Positions 1 through 11,833 of a DNA stretch of 64,000 bases are shown piece after piece. Below the pieces are notes generated by a model that searched no databases, was not told where the DNA came from, and saw only the letters and a list, made by a program, of their open reading frames with translations. How positions within the stretch are numbered: the first letter of the stretch is position 1; each line of letters opens with the position of its first letter. A program made the position numbers and the translations under genes. The DNA comes from Marsupella aquatica (taxonomy: Eukaryota > Plantae > Marchantiophyta): the NCBI GenBank assembly GCA_973895155.1, contig OZ316897.1:13577375-13641374 (forward strand), written 5' to 3'.

Positions 1-1214
1 GGGGAAGCCCATTCGATTTCTCTTTGAATCCAGAGGGTTTTCTAGAGCGCCTTTCCAAAAGCTTCTCTTCCTTTCCCGAGTATCTTCACATTTGGAAGTA
101 TTGTATCTTCTTGAGGAATCCGATTGATCACCCTACACATCCTCCCTTGACCTTATAATTCGCTCACCTCAGAATTCAAGGGTCCCCTAACAGACTATTC
201 TCGACGAGAAACCTCCTTCACCCAGCAAGTAGCAATTTCACAGCGGTCTAGGGCATCATCGACAATTCATTCACCCACGTTGCATATTGAATTGACACCG
301 ACGAAGATTGCACGACAGTCAGCTACTCCTATCAACATAACCCATGCACTCACGCTCCAAATCGCCTCCAACTTTGCTTGAAAGCATACCCAAGGCTTCA
401 GGTTCTCCGATTCAAGGGGCCCCGCCCTACTTTCGCCGTCTTCCTCATCGGGAAAGCCAGACTGGTTCAATTCACTCTTCCCTATTCATGCCCAACCACA
501 GAATGTCACCGCTACATCCGCCCTCGGCATGGCAACTCCAGCTGCAACCGCATCACGAACGCGTTCGCACCTATTCAACAGGCTGCCGACTCCCCCCAAT
601 AAAACTCCATTAAAGAACACGGCCAGCAACTTCGTCAATCGTCAATCGTCAATCGCAGCATCCCGTGTACAATCGCGTAGCTAGTGGGAGGAGCATCCCG
701 GTCTTTCCTTGAAAGGGTCTTCAAGTTAGGGCACCCGATTCTGCAATCACAGACCTACCTTCCCCGCATCTCCCTCGACGTTCCTCTTGGCTCTTGGAAA
801 CTTTTGCCACCATACCTTCCACCCAGGACGCCTCCCCTAGTCAATCCTCTCCTCCATTCGCCATGCTCCACCGCCCGGCGACCTCCTCGAGTCAATCCTC
901 TCCGTCCTCCTCCATACCCAAGTAGATGAAAACTGACGCCTCCTCAATCATTGATGTCGCCTCGATCGCTCCCTCCACCGTCCCGGCTACAGGACTACTA
1001 CTGTAGTAATTTAGAAGCACCAGGAGAGCTTTCTTCATCGAGGGAAGCGCTACAGGGGACTATTCTTTTTATCGTCTCCTCGCTCTCTCACAACTCCCCG
1101 TGTTGTTTTTCCGCTCCCGCCTCCCTCGCCACCGCCCCCTGCCCTCTGCCCCCTGCCCCTTGCCCCTTGTCCTTCTTTGTCCGCCCTGGCTTTTCTTCCA
1201 ATCCTTGTGTCCGT

Positions 1215-1460
1215 CTGTTTTTTCTGGGTTTGGAACTGAATTATTCCACTTGCAATGTTTTTTTTGTCTTTGCCCTGGGCTTGTGCCTGGTCTTTTGGGC
1301 CTTCTGGCTTTGGGGATTTTTCATGTTTTCCCTTGATTGGGTTTTTTGCCTGGGTTTGAAACTTAATTATTCCACTTGTAATGTTCTTTTTTCTTTGCCA
1401 TGGGCTTATGCCTGGTCTTTTTGGATTTGGGGAATTTTTTTTGTTCTTCTCCCTTGATTG
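1215..1460. repeat. ~125-bp imperfect direct duplication, with a partial third copy near 1600-1645
   Basis: ctgggtttg(g/a)aact(g/t)aattattccacttg(c/t)aatgtt...tgggctt(g/a)tgcctggtcttt occurs at ~1224 and ~1350. Confidence 0.8.
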
Positions 1461-1999
1461 TGTTTTTGGCCTGTGGGATCAATGCCTCTGGAATCATATC
1501 TCCCTGTTTAGCTCCCCCTCCTTTTTGGCAGTTTGATATATATTTGAATAGGATTGGTCACAACATGGCTCTTCTTTAAAAGGCTTTGTGTCTGTCCCTT
1601 TTTTTCTGGCTTGAAACTGATACTATTTCACTTGCAAGGTTTTTTTTCCAATAGACATGTCAAGGCATGGCATGTGTGAGCACGGAAAAGACTTTTATGA
1701 CCAGGACAAAAATATTGGGCTACCTAAATACTAGGGCATGTCAAAATGCAACCATAAGCCCTGTCCTGTGTCCCTCATTCAAATAGCCATAAAACAAAGT
1801 TATGGGGACTTTTAGGGGCAGAGGTCAAGTACTTTCACATGTCCCGTAAAAACTGTTACGGGGTAGAAATGGATTTTACGGATGGTGACAAAGTTGCAGG
1901 TGTCATCACCATTGCAGGCTTTATGGCTGTCAATAGTTCAGTAGTATCTTGCAAATTGCAGTTCTGGTTCATGCGGGATAGAATCCTTGATGTATATGC

Positions 2000-3114
2000 A
2001 TGGTGTGTGGGAAAACTGTTCTGCCAAAGTTCACGAATTCAGGGTACCCAAAAAAGGCAAAAAGATTTAGAATCTCGTCCGATGGATATGAAGGAATGCT
2101 CAATTACATGGAACACAGAGAGAACTTCCAAGTTCCTTATGGGAGTGGACAAAAAACACAGATCGGTGGCAAGCTCATTTCAAACATTAGTGCATAATTT
2201 TGAGAACATGGCCGTGACTCTAGGAGGCATGGGTTGGAAGGAAGTATTGGACTTGAATGAAGATGCCATGAAAAGAAATGGGAACGGTACCATGATTGTT
2301 ACAAGAATCAGGTAGAGGATTGTCTGAACTCGAACTCAGTGCAAGCATGATGTGGGAAGAGAAAATAGAAAATGTGCGCTCAAATTTTGAGAGGATGGAT
2401 GCTCCATTGGCGAGAAGATCCAATATGGACCCTCTTTCACAGGGTTGCATTGGGGTCCCAAACAGATACAACACAGACAGTGATGAAGGCCCAGACCAAG
2501 ATGAAGACCCCGACTGTCCACGATGAGTGTGACACTACTGCGACTGAATTTCAGAATCGCACTGAGCTGCTGACAATAAACATTGCACAGGTTTATGAAT
2601 CAGTTTCTGATTTAAACGACAATGAACCAATGGAGAATTCTTCATTCACATGGAATGGGAATCATCCAATCACTCAATCTCCTATGCATCAGGCAGAGGC
2701 GCCAAACACTACACCACAAAATTCAACAAGACTCAGAGGCATAGAAGAGAGTAAAACAAAAGGGACCAGTATCCGGATCCGGGTCTCCATTGACTTTGGC
2801 TGATGCTAATAAATCCAACTCCAAGAATGACTCTCCTCTGTTTGTACTCAAAGAACTTGCAAGAAATAACAGCGTACCAAAGCAAGCGGGCTGACAGCAA
2901 AGAACGATGGAAAATGGCTGAACTGGTAGAGCCTCGGGAAGCTAGCCGTCAAGCTAAAGAAACGCAAAACAAAAGAGCTCGAATCAAGAGAAAATACCAG
3001 CTCCATCTAGCACGAATCGACCAAAAAATGCAAGTTATCAGTGATTTAGCTCGAGTAGGGAAATCTCTGGAGGAGGCTTGTCAGTGGATGGACCTCCTTG
3101 AAGATGGGCCTTAA
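2000..3114 (+). pseudogene. Degenerate Myb/SANT-like DNA-binding ORF of PIF/Harbinger-transposon type
   Basis: Pieces in shifting frames read MLNYMEHRENFQVPYGSGQKTQIGGK / ENMAVTLGG...EDAMKRKWERYHDCYK / KIENVRSNFERMDAPLARRSNMDP, then an acidic linker and a coiled-coil tail (2803-3114). This is the layout I recall for Harbinger ORF1-like Myb/SANT proteins. Stops and frameshifts separate the pieces. Confidence 0.5.
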
Positions 3115-3783
3115 GATTTTAAGTTTTGTTCCCGGTTTTGTTATAGCTTGTCTTTGTGGATTACAACAATTTCCAATGAGGTTTTTGATGTAGCAGCTCA
3201 ATGAACTTGAACGAATGGGTGACACAATGAAGCAAGAATGCACGATTGACAATCTTACTGCATCTCTCTTTAGTTATGATTGAACATCTATGCAATAACA
3301 ATGCGAGTAGATGAATGTGACCGATTATTGCGCGAGCTCATTACTAATACTGGGAATACCAAGGCCTCTTGTTTGCTCCAACTATTGTTGTCTGCGTAGG
3401 GAATAATTTAGATCAACTGCGCTCTGATACCGATGGGTAGTTTTTCATGGCGATTTCCACTTCTCTCTCTTCACAGCCATTTTCAGGCCATTGTATGCGC
3501 GACTAGGAGACCTCCAAGAGGTGACAAACAAGAGCACAGGGGAATGAGACCAAGGGCTACAAGTGAATAGTGACGGCCTTGGTGACAGGCAGGCGTTGCA
3601 ATGACTAGTGACGGAGGTTTTCAGAAAAAAAACAGCCAATCTGTGTCCTACGGGCATACAAGTTTAGGACATCTACCACTTACAGGGCACCTTTTTAGGT
3701 ACACCATAAGAAGTTATGTCCAGGCAATAACTGCATTTTATGTCCTAAGCCATAACTGAGTTATGGGGGTGCTTTGATATGCC

Positions 3784-3953
3784 CTACTGGCCCCATAAGG
3801 ATGATACTCCAGAAACTTTCAACCCTAAGACCTAGCTTATGGTAGTGGTGTGATTTTGACAAAAACACTATGGGCTACCTAAATACTGGCCCCATAAGGA
3901 TCATAGGTCCAAAACCTTTCAACCATAAGACCTAGCTTCTGGTAGTGGTGTGA
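3784..3953. repeat. ~100-bp-period duplication
   Basis: tactggccccataaggat...tttcaacc(c/a)taagacctagctt(a/c)tggtagtggtgtga occurs twice. Confidence 0.85.
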
Positions 3954-4351
3954 CGGGCCCTAGTGTACTGCAGGGACTACAAGGTTTTGACAAGTGTTTT
4001 AAAGAACTATGATTGTGCAACCAGAGGACTATAAAGAGCCAACTTACATTTGGGCGGCCTTAAGTTTTCTAGCCCTCAATCTTACTCATGGCAGATATAA
4101 GTGAGCGAGAGAACAATGCCTTGAATCTCTCCCGTGCCAAGGCCCAGTGGCAAAAAATAGGAGTTATGAGGGCAAGGGCCAGAAAGTTTCAGGCCCTTGA
4201 GGTCCTAACCAGCATACAACAAAAGCCCAAACAGAACAAATGTTGTGAAATTCTGCCAATGCAAGCTTTGTCGTGCACCAAGCAGTAGATACTGTTGTCA
4301 AATGAGATCTCTTTTTTCCCAAACGTTTTGCGAATGCTGAGGGCCATATTG

Positions 4352-4465
4352 GAGGGAGGCCAGGGGGGGGGTGGGGGTCGGGGACAGAAGCCGGGGGGAT
4401 GGTGGGGAGACCGGGCCGGGCCGGGGAGGGAGGCCGGGCGGGGGGGGAGAAGGGGCCGGGCCGGT
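4352..4465 (+). other. G-rich tract with G-quadruplex potential
   Basis: More than ten runs of three or more G within ~110 bp. Confidence 0.6.
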
Positions 4466-5075
4466 AATTCACTTTGCGATTGGGATCGGCCGGGAGTGAC
4501 CGGGACGACATATGTCTTTTGTCTTCGTAAATACTGCTATTTGTCTGACAAGTCCAAACCGGGGATCTTCTATGCAAGGCCTGGCCAAGTGGGATGAAAA
4601 AGGGGCCCATGGCTGGGAGCTTTGACTTGGTTTAGGTAGAACCTTATTTGATGTCATTTAAAAAAGTATAATGCAAGCTTCAACTTGTGTCTAATTGAAG
4701 TTATCACTATGCGCCATTGGCTGAACTTTGTTCAGTTGTTGTGATGGGCCCCAAAATGGGCCCAGAACAGATTGTCTCAATTATTGCAACCGTATTCTGG
4801 CAAGTATTGTACATCATACTGTCTAAACAGGAATGTCGCCTATTTTTACAACAACTCTTTGTTCAGTGGCCTGGTTATGGATATTGGGGGCAGTAAGTAT
4901 GTTAAGTCACACTATTTCCTTCGTACTGAGAGTACGCCTATTTTCTTTGTATGCTTGAGTCTCAGTTTTATGCCTCAATTCTGAGTGTGCATTATTCAAG
5001 GTGAACAACTCAATTAGTGATTAGTGAGACCAAAAGTTTGACTTCTTGCGAACTGTAACTAGTGTGACTGAGAGG

Positions 5076-6478
5076 GCATCTGAGAGTCCATGTGGCAGTT
5101 CAGATCGTCCTATTGCCAAATGCAGCTGTGAACTTTCTGGCCTGTACTCTCGTGCAGGATGAATCGGAGCAGAGGCCCCATAAGTTGAGTTTCCTTCTCA
5201 GAGCCACTTCAGTGCAAATTGTGGAAGAGCTTTCTGAAACGCTCGAGGCTCGTGGGGTGAGTAGTTATCCTCCGTTTTGAGCGTTAAGGCCCAATATGTT
5301 TGAAGTAAATGGCAAAGAGTTCCCCTCATCTTATTATTAGCTGCCAAAATGTGCTGGCCCTTACACTTCCTGAAGTTGGCTTCCGTAGATTGGAAATGCA
5401 GTGGAGGAGCTAATCCAATGCCATGAGAAACACGCAAATGACAATGCCAAAAGTTTTTCGAGCGACAGAAAAATGTGCAATGCAACAATTCAACTTGATC
5501 GTTAATATCGGCCCGTGACTTTAAGCTGGCAAGACTTACCCGAAAGGGATAAACAATCGGAGGATGGGACTTCCCGGGTAGCACTTGAGATTCGCGAATA
5601 TCAAGTGTATATCGAATAATGGCTAGGGGGGCAAGTGACAGCTACTTTTGGCGGTTAAACAAACTAGAGTAAATGGAATTTTTAAGAGTCCTGTCACACA
5701 TTCATGATGTCCACTGTACTAAGGAATCGAACTCCATGCTGAAAAGGTTGTAAAATGAGTATTGTGGATGCGGAGTGCGTGAACTACGAAAGGTGCGAAT
5801 GCAATGATTATTTTTGGAAATTAGTCTTAGATCAGTAGATATCTTCATCATTTCTGGATCTCTCATTAAAGCTTGCATCACAGCGCTCGGTCGAAATCGC
5901 TTGTGTTACGAAACAGTTTCATTCTCTAAGCAGACTTACTGAAAACTGGCTACTGCAGGATAAAAAATCCTGAATGGTATTTTGCTCACAGAACGGAAGG
6001 AAATGCTTATCTGACATTTTATACTGCTAGACGATTACATGGAACTCTACAGTACCTTACTTCGTAACTTGGGTGGAAGATTGTCGCATTGGGAAATTCA
6101 AATCTTGAGACAAAAAAGGATTAGTGAAGGAATATTCAAGCAAGCTTATCAAAGCATATGCATGCCTTCTTCTGCTGTCAAATCTGGCAGACTGAAGTTA
6201 CGAGCAATTATGAAACTGATCCTATTTCGAGCCAGCGTCTATCAATCCATGGCTTGCCTTGACCACCATCAAAGAGAGATCAACAGATTCGTCATGAAGA
6301 GAGATGAATTCCATGGTACATTCTGTATGGGTGTCAGCCACTTATACCCCACGGCTGACCTCCCTCTGAAATTGTTATTACCTTGCAATGGACATCTCAC
6401 GTCTCTCGGTTCTCCTATTTTGATGATATAAAGTTCTAGAATTTTTAAACGAATAAGGAAAATTCTAGAAAGTAGCTG
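5076..6478 (+). pseudogene. SPP: Inverted, intron-containing, 5'-truncated pseudogene copy of the sucrose-phosphatase locus
   Basis: Contains [27 protein letters not shown]|gtgag (5158-5257) and IGNAVEELIQCHEKHANDNAK (~5388-5450). Its intron and 3' sequence are collinear with the reverse complement of 43932-46125. It has frameshifts and lacks the exon 4 equivalent. Confidence 0.9.
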
Positions 6479-7290
6479 ACAAAGCTGCGATCATTATTTC
6501 ATATTTGAATCTGCCCTCTCTTCACCCCTTTCCGTTCGGTGATTGGGAGAAACGTCTCCTTCCTCTGTTGCTCCTCTTCAGCTGTCTCCCATCTGGCCAC
6601 TTTTTCTAATTAAGCATACTAGAAGTAACTGAGGATCGGAGGAGTCTGTTTACAGGATACTCGAAACCCAATGTTACGTTTTCGGCTCAGTTGGCTAGTT
6701 AGAGGATTTAGTGGGGTGTGGAATGCAAAAAAGAAGATTTAGAACTGATGCCTTTACGGAGAGCCAATGCACTCGGCAGTTGAATTCCTTTACTTGAAAT
6801 CAAAGAGGACAGTACTGTGGAATTATGAAAGAATCAAGTCTCCGAACCAAGTCTCGGACATCTGTCAGAACGTCACTATTATTTGAACACGGAACATCAC
6901 CAATTATAGACACGCATCTACCAAAGCAGGGGTGCTATCCATCCATAAATCTCAGTTTCGAAAGGACACTGCCAAAAGCATTACCCGTAGTTTCAATGCG
7001 TTGATTCACAACAATTCCGCTGATTAGCTGCTCAGTACTACATTTACATCTCATATGATGAGTCGCGCCTCCCTTCATTATGGGGAGTGGAGAGCATATT
7101 GCCTCATATGTACACAAGAAAATGACACAATGACCACTTCCGGGCAGCAATGCAGCTGCTGCGGTTGCAAGGCATCATCACAAACGACGCAGAACAAAAG
7201 GACTTTCCTTCCTACTGAGAAAGATGGTACCTCGCCTTACTAAGCGGTAAAGGACAGCAGAGGACAGACAGATGGATTGTAAGTCCAACC

Positions 7291-7908
7291 CTATCCCCTG
7301 CTTTTGAGCTCCGCCAATCTTCGGCTAAGATCATCCTCTGAGACTGTCGACGCCGTGTCGCTGACAGGAACAGAGTGAGAGGCTGCTTGTGGCAGTCCCA
7401 CAGACACCTCCAAGCCGTAGTCATCGGCTACCTGGGTCATGAGGGAATTCACCTCATCCTCAGGAGTGGACAGGCTGGTGCTTCCAGCCATGGCCGTCTC
7501 AACAAACTCGGACTGGACTTCCATATTTACAAACGCTTGCTCAAATTGATCCATGGTTTGCGAGATCTTCTGCATATTCCCGACCGCTAGGGCACTGTCC
7601 AGAGCCTTCACAATTGATCCCATCGACTTGCTGATGGTCTGCATCTTGCTCTGAGTTCCCAACCTGGCTACGACTGCGTCCAGACGCGACGAGAGACGGA
7701 GGTAATTCAACTGCTCGTTATGCTTCCGAATGGCATTCTGCGCGTAAATTCGGGCGCCATCCATGTTCCCCTTCTCTATGGCCTTCTTCACCTTCAGCTT
7801 CTCTGACTTCTCCTCTTTCTCGCATTTTTTCGCCTGCCGTACCAAACTCTTCGCCGTGTACTTCAACTGAAATATCTGATCCAACAGCTTCTCCTGGCTG
7901 CCCCCCAT
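7291..7908 (-). CDS. CHMP1: ESCRT-III accessory subunit CHMP1/VPS46 (Snf7 family), 205 aa, uninterrupted CDS
   Basis: N-terminal [57 protein letters not shown] and C-terminal MIM1 motif [15 protein letters not shown]. Confidence 0.97.
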   Translation of the reverse strand: MGGSQEKLLDQIFQLKYTAKSLVRQAKKCEKEEKSEKLKVKKAIEKGNMDGARIYAQNAIRKHNEQLNYLRLSSRLDAVVARLGTQSKMQTISKSMGSIVKALDSALAVGNMQKISQTMDQFEQAFVNMEVQSEFVETAMAGSTSLSTPEDEVNSLMTQVADDYGLEVSVGLPQAASHSVPVSDTASTVSEDDLSRRLAELKSRG

Positions 7909-8699
7909 TTTTCCCGCCTCCCTGCCGAGCTATGCAGTGCAACAAACCGTTCCTCAAATAAATCGAACGTCTCGAACTCCACACAGAGATCAACCTCTGA
8001 ACTCTACCTCTGAAAAAGACACAAAATTACAGAGAAAGAAAAACTAGACGCTAACGCCTCGAGAGCAGAGGAAAGGATCAACTTCACACTCCCCACCCGC
8101 CACCAAAACCATCCACTCCCAAGCGACTCTACCAAATCGCACGGAATGTATCCCACCACAGCAGGCACCCTCCAGCCAGAGTTCCCGAAGCCTACCAGAG
8201 CGCACAATCCGGCCAATTTCTCCCGCTCAATAGCATGAATCAAACCATCAACCCAACGATCCTAATCGGAGAGATGCCTTCCTCCCTCGATCGCGTTCTG
8301 TGGGCAAATTATTATTACTTCACCTCCAAGGGGACGACACAAACCAAACGGCAACGAGGTCGGTCGCTCGGTGGCTCGACCTCTTCAGAAGACAACCAGC
8401 AGACGCGCAACGGCGGAGCGATCACACGGTTCTACTCCGCATGAAGCAAGCAATCTCGAATCCTTCCACGACTTCAGTCGAAGATAGGCGATTCTCTCTC
8501 TCTCTCTCTCCCTCTCTCGCTCTGTTCTCTGTGTCCTTGCTCTCGTCCTTCGTCGAGCTTTCCACCAAGGAAGTCGCTGATGACTACAGTCACGCCGAAC
8601 GGCTACGGCAGACGGTCGGGACGACGACGACCGCGACTCGGTTCAAAAGAATTCTCCGTAATCTGGGTTTAGTGAACTAATTCATCGCAGCGGTAACTT

Positions 8700-9400
8700 G
8701 GTTCGCGATTTTCGATTGCGAAGTGCTATTTTTGTTGTTTCCGGACTTTCGCGATTCTTGATTGCGAAATGTTAGGTTTAGGGCCAACTCGCATATGATC
8801 ATGCAGCTCGGGAAAATGTAACACTGTTATGATCAGAACAGAACAACATGACACTAATTTTGGTATGTATTTCCCAACTAGGAGAGAGTTTGCAACAAGT
8901 GCATAATTTTTTTTCTACAAGGCAGAGGTAGGGGAACCTCCAAGGGCCGGAAACTTTCGGGTTCTTGCCCTTGGGACCCCACAAAATATGCCGTCAGGGT
9001 GGCGTATGAGGGGGTATTGCAAGGAAAGTATGGTTCATTCACATCCTCACATGACTCAAGTTAAGGGCAGTTTTCTGAAAGACACTTCACATGCGAGTTA
9101 GCCCTCGGTTGTTTGGGATTTAGCAATTCTTAATTGCAAAATACCATTTTTAGACTTTTTCTATCTTGATTGCAAAAAGTTAGTTTTAAATGTTTCTGGA
9201 CTTTGCGATTCTAAATAGCAAAATGTCAGTTTCGCTAGTTTCCGGACTTGCATTTTTTGGTTTTTTTCTTAATTGTGTGGGTGTGTGTGTGTGTTGGGTG
9301 GGGTGCGGGGGGGGGGGGGGGGTCCTTAAAAATGTTAACTGCGAAATGTTAGATTGAGTTGTTTCCGGACTTCCATGATTCTCCATTGCAAATGATAAGT
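8700..9400. repeat. Cluster of dispersed ~35-bp motif copies upstream of CHMP1
   Basis: Variants of tttccggactt(t)cgcgattcttgattgcgaaatgttag at ~8738, ~9110, ~9190, ~9238 and ~9360. Confidence 0.6.
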
Positions 9401-10074
9401 TTCTTCCAGTTCTTCCAGTCCACCTTGTTTGGGATGTCACATTTTTGTTTGATGACAGTGAAAATTCATATAACTATTTGTGTGCAAGCCTAATTACCAA
9501 TATGGTATTGTTACCATTTGGGTCCCACCATTCAACGATGTCCATTGTTGCATACATAGGCTTGTTGAGAATTCAGGCAACAACACACACAAGAAACCAG
9601 CAAGATCACACCAAGGCCATGAATATGTGGTTCACTTTTGACAAGGTGACATCCATGGGAACAAGAGTTTTATGAAGCTTTTGCCACCATAGCCACACCA
9701 AGCTTCCAAGTACAAGCTCCAAGATTGCTAGCCTAGCTCGTAGTTTACTCCTCCACAAAAGAGCACGAGTCTCATCAAGGAGCTCTTCCTTGCTCCCCTA
9801 TATGCTAGGCACTCTAGTCGCATCTAATCCTTGTTAAGTGCCTAACGCAAATTAGACTAGGCCAGGAGAAATTAACCCATGACTTAAGAGTTAACCATAA
9901 CAAGGATGAAGACATGAGGATGTGCATCTATACATTTCCAAATGTCTAACTATTAATGGTGCTAGGATCCACATCAGTGTCAGTAAGGTAAGGTTTGCTT
10001 AACAGTACTTGTCCTAGCCAGTAGCAGTCTCCAGTTTGACTAGACATGAGGTTCTGAGTTGAAGCTTCACAAGA

Positions 10075-10275
10075 CAACCAGCCAAAGTGGGGGTTAAGGG
10101 GGGGGGGGGGGAGGAGGGGGTCACTAAGCCCTTGGCACACAAAAGACTTGGTCAACACTTGGAAAATTGGAGACCATTCAGTTATCATTGAGGTCAAGCT
10201 TTATAAGCCGACCAGCATTTACACAAATCCTCAGACATCCCAAAGTTGGGTTCACTAAGCCCTTGGCACACATGG
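10075..10275 (+). repeat. Interspersed repeat family member (second copy at ~37400-37510)
   Basis: catcccaaagt(t/g)gggttcac...ccctt(g/t)gcacac is shared between ~10236 and ~37440. tcactaagcccttggcacac is internally duplicated. Confidence 0.65.
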
Positions 10276-11833
10276 AAAATGGAAACCGGCAGGCGGGCAG
10301 CATCTAAGAATGCAACTCAAGGGGTTGCAAGCGGGGTTGCAAGGACTCAAGAATGGAACTCAAGGGGTTTTCCAGCCTCAATTTCAAAAGTAAGCACAAT
10401 GTGAGTTACAACAGTCTGCAAGCTATGCCTAAGTGGACCTTCCCCAAATGCCAACTCCAGTTTCTGCAAGGCGGGTTGAGCTTCCCTTGTTTTGTCCTTT
10501 GCCGTTTTACAATTGTGTGCATGTTTTAAAGAGTAAGTGAGTCACTATGACTGACAACAATACCTTCTGCCTAAGTACGCAGTCTTTCACCTGGCTTGGC
10601 CTAGTCTAACATGTGACAATCATTCAGTCCAAATAAGAAGAGATGACATACCTTACACATTCACCATCAAGGCAAAAAGAGCCCAGCTAACCAAATGCAC
10701 AACATCAAGAGACTAGAAAAAGAATTGATTGTTCAGTGTGTGTATCTACAGTAGTGCTTGCAACCTACTTATGGTAGATGGTTCCAAATGTCTTTTTCTT
10801 GGCAATGCTATTAGTAGCATCATTTGTAGTTTGAAGAGGCCTGTCCAAGTTCGCCTTTGAGCACTATTGCTCATGTCTCATCTCAAGGGTAAGGTGCCCA
10901 CATGGACCCTAGCTTGCTAAGCTTCCTTTGCTGAGCATATATAATTATTCGAGCTTTCAGGTGAAACAAGCTTGTTGAAATTATCCCCCAAATTGCAAAT
11001 GTACAACAATGGGCAACTTGTTCTACCATCCTAGAGAATTACATCATTCTAACAAGGAAATAATGATCCCAGTAAATTAGGTGTACAATTTTGGATATAT
11101 TTGGATATCAAGCATTGTGTGAAGAACATATTGGTCCTTGACCATTATTAATGTGATTGGTCATTGACCATTATTAATGTGTTTGATCAGTCATGTGAAG
11201 ATTTGTAGACTTCCACCAACTCCACAAATGTACTTCCTAAACAACGTTTTGTGAAAGTCACTGTGAACATTAACTTTGATTTATTATCTAAGCTTTTGGT
11301 ATTTGTGTAGACTGTCAACACTCAACAGGACCTTTGGTCCTTGGTGTGACAACATCTATAGTTACTCAAGTGCACCTTCCAAGCCACGTCTACCATACAC
11401 AATAGTAGAAAGCAGGGTTGAAGATAAGCTACACAAGTTTTAGGAAAGATGATGATGATCGCTTGTAGAATTTGGGACGGTTTGCTCTTTGGCTTTTTCC
11501 TTTAAAGTGAAAGTCCTAATTTGGTGTTACGTTGATTTTGTTTTACTGGATTCCTGTATAATGGAGCTAGTATGAAGGACCATTGGTAGATAATTTCCAA
11601 GATTACAAAACTAATGACAGGAAAACTAATTATATAAATAAAGTCACAGAATGTTGGGCTAGCTAGTAGCGGGTGTTAGTGGACACTTCTGAAAACTTGG
11701 AGAACCTTCTGAACCTGAAGAAAATAGCTAAGTCTATTAGCATCCCCATATTGCCACACTAATAGCATCTCACCAAATTAATTGAAGTTGTGCACTCCTA
11801 AGGTTTGCATAGCCCAAACTCTCACTCAGTAAC

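Noticed and set aside
951-1457. 168-aa hydrophobic 'membrane protein' ORF
   Set aside because: It results from T-rich duplicated sequence and cccctg repeats.
4164-4610. Pro-rich and Gly-rich ORFs on both strands
   Set aside because: They are translations of a G/C homopolymer-rich tract.
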